DNA of 24,000 nucleotides from Streptomyces sp. NBC_00237. GTDB lineage: Bacteria > Actinomycetota > Actinomycetes > Streptomycetales > Streptomycetaceae. The DNA lies in the NCBI RefSeq assembly GCF_026342435.1, contig NZ_JAPEMT010000001.1, forward strand, positions 647,993 through 671,992, read 5' to 3'. Below are positions 1 to 7,487 of the stretch, one piece after another. A model generated the notes under the pieces. The model saw only the letters and a list, made by a program, of their open reading frames with translations. It was not told the origin of the DNA and did not search any database. Both the position numbers and the translations under genes were made by a program. Positions within the stretch are counted from its first letter, which is position 1. Each line of letters begins with the position of its first letter.

Positions 1-533
1 GCATCGTCCTCCAGGTCCCGCCGTACGAGTACGCGCACCCCCAGGACCTCCTCGACGCCGCGCACGACAAGAACGAGCAGGCGCTGATCGTCGCCCTCGA
101 CGGCGTGACCGACCCGCGCAACCTCGGCGCGATCATCCGCTCCACCAACGCCTTCGGCGGCCACGGCGTGGTCGTGCCCGAGCGGCGCGCGGCGGGCATG
201 AACGCCGGTGCGTGGAAGTCCTCCGCCGGTACGGCCGCCCGTACGCCCGTCTCGCGCGTCACCAACCTGACCCGCGCGCTGGAGGAGTACAAGAAGGCCG
301 GAGTCACCATCGTCGGCCTCGCCGCCGACGGCGAGCACAAGGTCGAGGACCTGGAGCAGCTCGCCGGTCCCGTCGTCATCGTCATCGGCGGCGAGGGCAA
401 GGGCCTGGGTCGCCTCGTCGGCGAGACCTGCGACTACCGGGTGCGGATCTCGATGCCCGGCGGCGCCGAGTCGCTGAACGCCGGTGTCGCGGCCGGGATC
501 GTCCTGTACGAAACGGCGCGCCGCCGGAAGTAG
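1..533 (+). CDS. rlmB: 23S rRNA 2'-O-ribose methyltransferase RlmB (SpoU/TrmH family), C-terminal part; 5' end lies outside the window
   Basis: The frame is open from the window start (first full codon at 3) to TAG 531-533. Translation ...ALIVALDGVTDPRNLGAIIRSTNAFGGHGVVVPERRAAG...VIVIGGEGKGLGRLV...SLNAGVAAGIVLYE carries the SpoU/TrmH motifs. Track ORF 105..533 is the same frame from an internal GTG. Confidence 0.8.
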   Translation, partial: IVLQVPPYEYAHPQDLLDAAHDKNEQALIVALDGVTDPRNLGAIIRSTNAFGGHGVVVPERRAAGMNAGAWKSSAGTAARTPVSRVTNLTRALEEYKKAGVTIVGLAADGEHKVEDLEQLAGPVVIVIGGEGKGLGRLVGETCDYRVRISMPGGAESLNAGVAAGIVLYETARRRK

Positions 534-552
534 CACGTCCGCTTGCGCTGAA

Positions 553-577
553 GGGCCCCGGATCTGATCCGGGGCCC
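553..577 (+). terminator. GC-rich hairpin downstream of rlmB
   Basis: GGGCCCCGGATC-T-GATCCGGGGCCC is a perfect 12-nt inverted repeat, 20 nt after the rlmB stop. There is no T-tract, as is usual in actinomycetes. Confidence 0.55.
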
Positions 578-875
578 ACGGGCCTGCCCGGCGGATCAGG
601 CCGCACAGGAGTGCCCTGGACTGTTCAACGCCCCGAGCGGGGTCTGGTGCGTGCAGCTGCAAGGCGGAGGATTGAGGCGACGCGGAGCGTCGTCGAGTGA
701 CGACAACGCGGCAGATGTGCGTGCCAGGGCACGCGACCGCAGCAGGATCCGCCGGGCAGGCCCGAACGTCTACCCTGTGTTGACCTGCGGTGTCGGCGAG
801 AACGTGCCGGTTTGACGGGTCTCGGACAGATCAGGGGCGTCAAGGCAGTGTCCTAAACACACATCACTCGGTTAG

Positions 876-2531
876 ATGAGTGTGGACACCAGAACACCCG
901 GGTTCGACGATCAGCCCGCACTGAGCATGGTCAAGGTGCCCTGCGACCCGGCGCAGGTCATCGTCAACCACGCCAGCTTCCGCGTGCAGCTCGCCCCGAG
1001 CCAGAGCGCGCGCCCCACCGTGGTGCGGGGTGCTCTGGACGACCGGACGGCGATGATCCCCGTGCTGAGCGGGGCGGGCGCGGCGGTCGGGGCCGCAGCA
1101 GGAGCGATGGGCGCGGCCGGACGCCGTCGGGCGCCCGTCGTGTGGACGGGCAGGTCCGAGCCGGGCGACCCCGGCGCCGGCGGACTCCTCCAGGCCGTGC
1201 GCAACTCGACCGCGACCCGTACCGCCGGCCCCCCACCGGGCCTCGCCGACGACCTCGACGCCGGGGCGACCCAGCTCATCCCGCGCATCGGGCCACCGGG
1301 CGGGGGAACCGACGACACCATGCAGACCCCGGCCGTCCAGGGTGGCGAACCCACCCGGATGCTGCCCCGCATGCGGCAGGCCGAGGGCGCGTACGACACG
1401 TACGAGAGCGACCAACTCCCGTACGAGGAAGAGGAGCCGGAGTCCAACGAGCGCGGTGACGGGCGCTCGCGGCACTCCTTCTACCCCGACCGGCGGATGA
1501 ACCTCGGCGTGGTGCTGCTGCCGCTGAGGGTCTTCCTCGGCTTCATCTCCATCTACGCGGGCATGGGCAAGCTCTGCGACCCCGTCTTCTTCGACGGCGG
1601 CGAGCGCGGCTCCATGGTCAAGTGGCTCAACTCGCTGCACCCGTGGCCGCTCGCCGAGCCGCTGCGGGACCTCGGCCTCCAGCACCCGGTCGGTGCCGGG
1701 CTCACCGTGGCGTTCCTCCAGGTCATCGTGGGCGTACTCACGATCCTGGGCCTGTGGCAGCGAGTCGCGGCGGTCGTCGGGACGCTGCTGTCGGCGGCGC
1801 TGCTGCTGACGGTCAGCTGGAAGAGCGTCCCCGCGTACGACGCGCCGGACATCATCTACCTCGCCGCCTGGTCGCCGCTGATCATCGCCGGTGCGCCGGT
1901 GTACTCGATGGACTCCCGGCTCGCGGGCGAGGCATGGCGGACGCTGGGCCCGCGCAGCGAGATGTGGGAGCTGCGGCGGCGCGTGCTGCGGCGAGGCTTC
2001 CTGATGGTGACGCTGGTCGTCGGCCTGACGCTGCTGGTCGGTTCGGTGCTCGGCGGGGCGGTCCGCTCGGCCGAGGTCGTCGTACCCGGCCCCGAGGACG
2101 ACCCGGCGAACCACCTGCCCGGCCGCCCGCTCCCCAAGGAGCCGGGCGCCGCCCAGCGCACCCCGCAGGGCCCCCAGCGCAAGGCGCCGAAGCCCTCCGC
2201 GAGCGCTTCGGTGTCCCCGTCGGCGAAGCCCAGCACCTCGGCGGGGCCGCGTGCCACGGCGACGGCGGGCGCGACCGCCGGGCCGAGCCAGACGCAGGGC
2301 TCCACGGGCCGTAGGCCCACCCGCGACACCCCTCCGGCGACGACCTCGGCGGGCCCCTCGGCGACAGCGGGCCCCTCGTCCGGCCGAGGCTCATCGGGCG
2401 GCAGCGGCGGTGGCGGGAACGGCGGGTCCAGCTCCGGCGGGAGCGGGTCGGGAGGCTCCTCCGGCGGCTCGGACGGCGGCAGCTCGGGCGGGTCCGGCAG
2501 CGACAAGGTGATCGGCGGACTGCTCGGCTAG
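876..2531 (+). CDS. DoxX-like polytopic membrane protein with long low-complexity N- and C-terminal extensions
   Basis: Track ORF of 551 aa. The central part (LPLRVFLGFISIYAGMGKL...VAFLQVIVGVLTILGLW...LLSAALLLTVSW...) has several hydrophobic helices typical of DoxX/DoxD-type proteins. The C-terminal ~130 aa are Ser/Gly/Pro/Thr/Ala-rich. GC3 is high in this frame. The overlapping antisense ORFs are Arg/Pro-rich shadows. The start (ATG 876 or GTG 882) has no clear SD. Confidence 0.6.
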   Translation: MSVDTRTPGFDDQPALSMVKVPCDPAQVIVNHASFRVQLAPSQSARPTVVRGALDDRTAMIPVLSGAGAAVGAAAGAMGAAGRRRAPVVWTGRSEPGDPGAGGLLQAVRNSTATRTAGPPPGLADDLDAGATQLIPRIGPPGGGTDDTMQTPAVQGGEPTRMLPRMRQAEGAYDTYESDQLPYEEEEPESNERGDGRSRHSFYPDRRMNLGVVLLPLRVFLGFISIYAGMGKLCDPVFFDGGERGSMVKWLNSLHPWPLAEPLRDLGLQHPVGAGLTVAFLQVIVGVLTILGLWQRVAAVVGTLLSAALLLTVSWKSVPAYDAPDIIYLAAWSPLIIAGAPVYSMDSRLAGEAWRTLGPRSEMWELRRRVLRRGFLMVTLVVGLTLLVGSVLGGAVRSAEVVVPGPEDDPANHLPGRPLPKEPGAAQRTPQGPQRKAPKPSASASVSPSAKPSTSAGPRATATAGATAGPSQTQGSTGRRPTRDTPPATTSAGPSATAGPSSGRGSSGGSGGGGNGGSSSGGSGSGGSSGGSDGGSSGGSGSDKVIGGLLG

Positions 2532-2567
2532 CGACGGGACACGCACGCACACGCGTCCCGTGTGGGA

Positions 2568-2603
2568 GAGGGGCCCGGCACCACATCTGGTGCCGGGCCC
2601 CTC
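2568..2603. terminator. Bidirectional terminator hairpin between convergent genes
   Basis: GAGGGGCCCGGCACC-ACATCT-GGTGCCGGGCCCCTC is a perfect 15-bp stem with a 6-nt loop. It lies between the stop of 876..2531 (+) and the stop of 2650..3393 (-). Confidence 0.7.
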
Positions 2604-2649
2604 CGTCGTACGTACGCGTCCCGTGTGCACGGGGACTTCCGTACTTCCG

Positions 2650-3393
2650 TCAACGCAATTGCGCGGCGAGCTCCTTGGCGGCCTCGGTGAGGTCCTTGGC
2701 GGTGTCGATGGCCCGCCAGTACGCGCCCTGGGGGAGCGGGTACCCGGCCAGGCTGCGGGAGCGGGCGAGGCGGGGGAACGTGGTGCGCTCGTGGTCGCCG
2801 AGGTCGGGCAGGAGGTCCGCGAAGGCGGCGGAGAAGACGTACACGCCGGCGTTGATGAGGTACGGGGACGGCGGGGACTCGATGAAGTCCGTGACGTTGC
2901 CGAAGGTGTCCGTCTCGACGGCGCCCCACGGGATGCGGGGGCGGGCCAGGGCGAGGGTGGCGGTCGCGTCGCGCTCGGCGTGGAAGGCGGCCATCTCGCG
3001 CAGCGAGAAGCGGGTCCAGATGTCGCCGTTCGTGGCGTACCAGGGCTGATCGGGGTGGGGCAGGTGCTTGGCGGCGTACTTCAGGCCGCCGCCCCGGCCC
3101 AGCGGCTCCGTCTCGACAACCGTCGTGACGCGCAAGGGGAGTTCGGACGCCTGTTCGGCGAGCCAGTCCTGGAGGACTTCCGCGAGGTGGCCGCAGGAGA
3201 CGACGGCGTCAGTGACGCCCTCGGAGGCGAGCCAGGAAAGCTGATGGCCGATGATCGGAGTCCCGGTTCCGGGAATCTCGACCATCGGCTTGGGGCGGTC
3301 GTCGGTGTACGGACGCAGTCGCGACCCCTGGCCACCGGCCAGGACAACGGCCTGTGTCGGCATCGCGGGCGTCGCGGAAATGGGGGTGGTCAT
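2650..3393 (-). CDS. NDP-sugar pyrophosphorylase / nucleotidyltransferase family protein (mannose-1-phosphate guanylyltransferase-like)
   Basis: Track ORF of 247 aa. The N-terminal signature AVVLAGGQGSRLRPYTDDRPKPMVEI is the G-x-G-x-R-L nucleotide-binding loop of sugar-phosphate nucleotidyltransferases. The alternative ATG at 3363 is equally possible. Confidence 0.75.
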   Translation of the reverse strand: MTTPISATPAMPTQAVVLAGGQGSRLRPYTDDRPKPMVEIPGTGTPIIGHQLSWLASEGVTDAVVSCGHLAEVLQDWLAEQASELPLRVTTVVETEPLGRGGGLKYAAKHLPHPDQPWYATNGDIWTRFSLREMAAFHAERDATATLALARPRIPWGAVETDTFGNVTDFIESPPSPYLINAGVYVFSAAFADLLPDLGDHERTTFPRLARSRSLAGYPLPQGAYWRAIDTAKDLTEAAKELAAQLR

Positions 3394-3496
3394 GCAGGGG
3401 ACGATACGCGGCGCGGATCGTGCCGCCTTCGGGGGGCAGGGCTGTCAGCTCTGTCAGTCGGCGTACGGGTATCCGTCAATCCGTGGGCAGTGGTGG

Positions 3497-3913
3497 TCAG
3501 TTGTGGTGGTTCGCGACGCCGGACGCGAAGGACGTGTCACAGACGGGCCGCGAGTACGACTGGGCGCGGGTGGGGCCGTAGTGCGTGACGGCGGCGCGGC
3601 CGAGGGCACGGGCGATGTTCATGCAGTGCTTGGCGAGGGAGGGGCGGCGCTCGACCTCGCGCTGAAGGTGCGTGAGGGCGGTGCCGGGGTCCTTCTCCTG
3701 AAGCTCCACCAGGAGCCGGTCGCGCAGAATATCCTGCGGGGCACGGGACTTGGCCTTGGTGGAGACGTCCTCTGCGGATGCGGTGAGCATCTGGGACTCG
3801 GGAGTGCCGGCCACCCACGGAACGCGGGTGACGGCCAGGGTCCCGGAGAGCACCAGGACGACGGGCAGGACGAGGGCGAGAGTTCGGCCGATGCGGCGGG
3901 CTGAGTGGGTCAC
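3497..3913 (-). CDS. Small secreted/membrane-anchored hypothetical protein
   Basis: Track ORF of 138 aa with a GTG start at 3911-3913. It has an N-terminal basic stretch plus a hydrophobic helix (RRIGRTLALVLPVVLVLSGTLAV). Codon bias is good. No recognisable domain. No SD is present, so the mRNA may be leaderless. Confidence 0.5.
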   Translation of the reverse strand: MTHSARRIGRTLALVLPVVLVLSGTLAVTRVPWVAGTPESQMLTASAEDVSTKAKSRAPQDILRDRLLVELQEKDPGTALTHLQREVERRPSLAKHCMNIARALGRAAVTHYGPTRAQSYSRPVCDTSFASGVANHHN

Positions 3914-4130
3914 GCGAGTGAGCGTAGCGGCAGGTGACGATATGGCGACATTGAGTCACCCTCACGGGGGATGGTTCGATGCTCCTTTTCGAATGTGATG
4001 TTGACGCACGGAGATCGAAAACTCCCCGTGCGCCGGGGTATTTGACGAAGCCGCGCATAAACCGACGCGCTTGGTGAAGCGCATTCCGTGGACGGCGCAG
4101 GCGGAGTGGACGGCACAGACGGCACAGGCA

Positions 4131-4162
4131 GAAGGGCCCCGCACCGAAGTGCGGGGCCCTTC
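4131..4162 (-). terminator. msiK terminator hairpin
   Basis: GAAGGGCCCCGCAC-CGAA-GTGCGGGGCCCTTC is a perfect 14-bp stem with a tetraloop, 47 nt downstream of the msiK stop (4209). Confidence 0.7.
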
Positions 4163-4208
4163 CGTGTGCTTGCCGGACAGCCCGCCGGGAGCCGGAGCCT
4201 GTCGGCGG

Positions 4209-5345
<1,137 letters not shown>

Positions 5346-5363
5346 GGTGATGCGTCTCCTTCA

Positions 5364-5429
5364 CCGGCAGGAACGTGCCGGACGATCCGAGTAAGGGAGT
5401 GAAGTGGTCTGGTCCAATGTGTGGACCAG
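5364..5429 (-). promoter_or_regulatory. Structured msiK leader with two hairpins (possible msiK RNA motif)
   Basis: On the msiK sense strand there are two hairpins. The first is CTGGTCCA-CACAT-TGGACCAG (5409-5429, 8-bp stem). The second is CCGGCA-CGTTCC-TGCCGG (5364-5381, 6-bp stem), just upstream of the SD. A conserved RNA motif upstream of actinobacterial msiK genes is known, but I cannot verify a match without a covariance model. Confidence 0.35.
5403..5418. promoter_or_regulatory. Candidate DasR-responsive element (dre) upstream of msiK
   Basis: AGTGGTCTGGTCCAAT matches the remembered dre consensus A(G/C)TGGTCTAGACCA(G/C)T at 13 of 16 positions, counted by hand. It lies 58 nt upstream of the msiK ATG and overlaps leader hairpin 1. 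Confidence 0.4.
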
Positions 5430-5497
5430 GGGTGACGCTACCTGGGCGGGTGGGTTCTGTCAGTAGTTCGCGAGGAGGGAAAGTTCGGGGACTGGCT

Positions 5498-5605
5498 GGT
5501 GGGCAGAGTCCTCCACTTTTGACCGTGCGCTGAGGTGGGCAGAGCACCGCACTTTTGACCCGCTGGTGCGAGGGCAGAGCAGTTGCCTTTTGGCCTGCGT
5601 ACGCA
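5498..5605. repeat. Three tandem ~36-nt direct repeats (GGGCAGAG-N7-CTTTTGRCC core)
   Basis: Unit 1 is 5498-5533 (GGTGGGCAGAGTCCTCCACTTTTGACC...). Unit 2 is 5534-5569 (GGTGGGCAGAGCACCGCACTTTTGACC...). Unit 3 is 5570-5605 (GAGGGCAGAGCAGTTGCCTTTTGGCC...). The period is 36/35 nt. They lie between tnpB and the msiK leader. Confidence 0.8.
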
Positions 5606-5729
5606 GCACTTCCTGCTTCACTACCCGCTGCCGACCGAGCACGGTCCTCAAGAACCGCACCCCACCGGTCTTACATGGGCTCCACAGGCATGACGGCCGA
5701 CGGCCCGTCGGTCCGGTACAGCATGTACA

Positions 5730-7136
5730 TCAAGCGGCCAGCGGTACCTCCGGCAGTTCGGAGGCGCGGATCACAGGTGGCGGGGTCCGTGCCGGAGGCA
5801 GAGCCTCGGCCACCAGCCCGTACAGCCGCATCCCCTCCTCGCGGAGGTTCTGCGCCGCGTTCACGTCCCGATCGTGCACCGCGCCGCAACTGCCGCACGT
5901 CCATTTCCGTACGGAGAGATCCAGGCGCTCCCCCTTCACGTGGCAGGACGAGCAACGTCGTGTCGACGGGAAGTAGCGGTCGACGATGACGAGCGTCCGT
6001 CCGTACCACTCGCACTTGTAGCGGAGCTGCTTCAGGAGCTCGCCCCATGAGGCATCGAGGATCGACTGGTTCAGCTTCGCTTTTCGTCTGCGACCCGGGC
6101 CGGTGGCCGTCCGCAGCAGGTTCATGACGGCCAGGTCTTCCACCACGAGCACTTGGTTCTCGCGCACGAGGCGGGTGGTGAGCTGGTCCAGCATGTCCCT
6201 GCGGACGTCGCTGATCAGGGCGTACAGGCGGGCGATCTCCTGGCGTGCCTTTTCGCGGTTCGCCGATCCCCTCTTCTTGCGGTGCAGCTCGCGCTGCGCC
6301 TTGGCGAGCTTCTTCTCGTACTTCCGGAGCAGACGGGGATGGTCCAGCTTCTCGCCGTCGTCGAGCGTGACGAGGGTGGCCAGGCCGAGGTCGATGCCGA
6401 CCGCCTTCGGGGCGTGGGTGCCCGGCAGGAAGACGGGAGGGAGGGGCTCGATGTGTTCCTCGACCAATACGGAGAGGAAGAAGCGGCCCGCGCGGTCCCG
6501 GGTCATGGTGAGCTTCACGGGCGTGGTGCCTGCGGGGAGCGGGCGGGACCAGCGGATGTCGAGGGGGTCGGTCTGCTTGGCGAGGGCGATCAGGCCGGTG
6601 CCAGGCTTCTCGGGGTCCTCGAACCAGCGGAAGCCGGTGCGTACGTACGTTGCAGAGTCGCGGGAGCGGCCCTTCTTCTTGCGTTGTGGGTAATTCGCCC
6701 CTCCCTTGAAGAAGCGGGTGAAGGCGCTTTCGAGGTGGCGGAGGGACTGCTGGAGGACGGTCGAGGAGACGTTCTGGAGCCAGTACGTCTCGCGGGCCTG
6801 ACGCCAGCCGGTGAGCGCGCGGCAGGTCTCGGCGAAGCCGACTGAGACCTGGTGGTCGCGCCAGGCGTTGGCGCGCAGTGTCAGGCCCTCGTTGTAGACC
6901 CAGCGGCAGGCGCCGAAGGTCTCGACGAGCTGTTCTGCCTGGTCCGGGGTCGGGTAGCAGCGGTAGCGGTAGACGCGCTGGTGGGTGCCGGGTTCCTTGG
7001 CGCGGCGCTTCATGGGGGTGGCGGGGCGCTGGTGGTGCTTGCTCTGGTCGGGGATGCGCAGGGCTTCGCGCTTGATGCGCTTGGCCTCGGCGCCGGTGAC
7101 GCGGGGAGGGAGCGGTTGCTCGGGTGCCTTGGTCAC
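5730..7136 (-). CDS. tnpB: TnpB (IS200/IS605-family OrfB) RNA-guided endonuclease; no tnpA present
   Basis: This is the C-terminal part of the 1273-aa track ORF. It shows HQRVYRYRCYPTPDQ...; RuvC-I AVGIDLGL; RuvC-II VVEDL; the zinc ribbon CSSCHV...CGSCGAVHDRDVNAAQNL, which carries the RuvC-III Asp. GTG 7134-7136 is preceded by the strong SD GGGAGGGG. An in-frame ATG at 7011-7013 (427 aa) is the alternative start and has no SD. Confidence 0.85.
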   Translation of the reverse strand: MTKAPEQPLPPRVTGAEAKRIKREALRIPDQSKHHQRPATPMKRRAKEPGTHQRVYRYRCYPTPDQAEQLVETFGACRWVYNEGLTLRANAWRDHQVSVGFAETCRALTGWRQARETYWLQNVSSTVLQQSLRHLESAFTRFFKGGANYPQRKKKGRSRDSATYVRTGFRWFEDPEKPGTGLIALAKQTDPLDIRWSRPLPAGTTPVKLTMTRDRAGRFFLSVLVEEHIEPLPPVFLPGTHAPKAVGIDLGLATLVTLDDGEKLDHPRLLRKYEKKLAKAQRELHRKKRGSANREKARQEIARLYALISDVRRDMLDQLTTRLVRENQVLVVEDLAVMNLLRTATGPGRRRKAKLNQSILDASWGELLKQLRYKCEWYGRTLVIVDRYFPSTRRCSSCHVKGERLDLSVRKWTCGSCGAVHDRDVNAAQNLREEGMRLYGLVAEALPPARTPPPVIRASELPEVPLAA

Positions 7137-7306
7137 GTCCCCTCCCTCGCTTCGTCGCGTTGTCCGATTGTCGGAACAGCGATTCAGTGCGTTCAACGAA
7201 CGGGTGGTCGGGCGGGTTACGGGGGCGGGGGAAAGTTCGTGGATCAGCACGGGGGCCGCTGTGTAAAGTGAGAGTGCTTGTGCGCGCGATTCGCGGTGTG
7301 AGCAGC

Positions 7307-7382
7307 GCCGCCTTAGCTCAATTGGCAGAGCACCAACCTTGTAAGTTGGATGTCGTCGGTTCGATTCCGACAGGCGGCTCCA
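7307..7382 (+). tRNA. tRNA-Thr (anticodon UGU), CCA encoded
   Basis: Manual cloverleaf. The acceptor stem is GCCGCCT/AGGCGGC. The D arm is GCTC-AATTGGCA-GAGC. The anticodon arm is CCAAC-CTTGTAA-GTTGG, giving anticodon TGT. The variable loop is ATGTC, the T arm is GTCGG-TTCGATT-CCGAC, and the discriminator is T followed by CCA. Confidence 0.9.
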
Positions 7383-7391
7383 CGAAACATC

Positions 7392-7418
7392 TGTCCCGGA
7401 CCCCCAGGGTCCGGGACA
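7392..7418 (+). terminator. Hairpin immediately downstream of tRNA-Thr
   Basis: TGTCCCGGACCC-CCA-GGGTCCGGGACA is a perfect 12-bp stem, 10 nt after the tRNA 3' end. Confidence 0.6.
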
Positions 7419-7487
7419 CTTGCGTTTCCGGGACAGTACGGGGGTCCGGGCGGCGTTCCCTGGCCCCGTGTGGGGGAGGGCAGCGGG

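Noticed and set aside
864-2586. Minus-strand ORFs 864..2114, 1856..2506, 1882..2586 and plus-frame 1622..2314
   Set aside because: These are shadows of the DoxX-like gene, Arg/Pro/Gly-rich. They have no TM helices or motifs.
5460-5660. 66-aa minus-strand ORF covering the three 36-nt repeats
   Set aside because: It has many A/T-ending codons (AAA, CAA, TCA, TCT, CTT), atypical for this genome, and no SD. The repetition is better explained at the DNA/RNA level.
7241-7269. Possible tRNA-Thr promoter (-10 TAAAGT at 7264-7269)
   Set aside because: The -10 looks plausible, but the best -35 candidate (GGATCA) matches TTGACA poorly. This is too weak to annotate.
7355-7382. Second copy of the tRNA-Thr 3' end (attR) that would delimit a classical integrative island
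   Set aside because: I looked by eye for GGTTCGATTCCGACAGGCGGCTCCA or long parts of it elsewhere in the window and found none, and no integrase gene is present. This is not decisive without a computational search.
7350-7487. First ATG of track ORF 7350..9569 as the start of the Mrr-TerD gene
   Set aside because: It lies inside the tRNA-Thr gene and spans the tRNA terminator hairpin. ATG 7488 has a proper SD.
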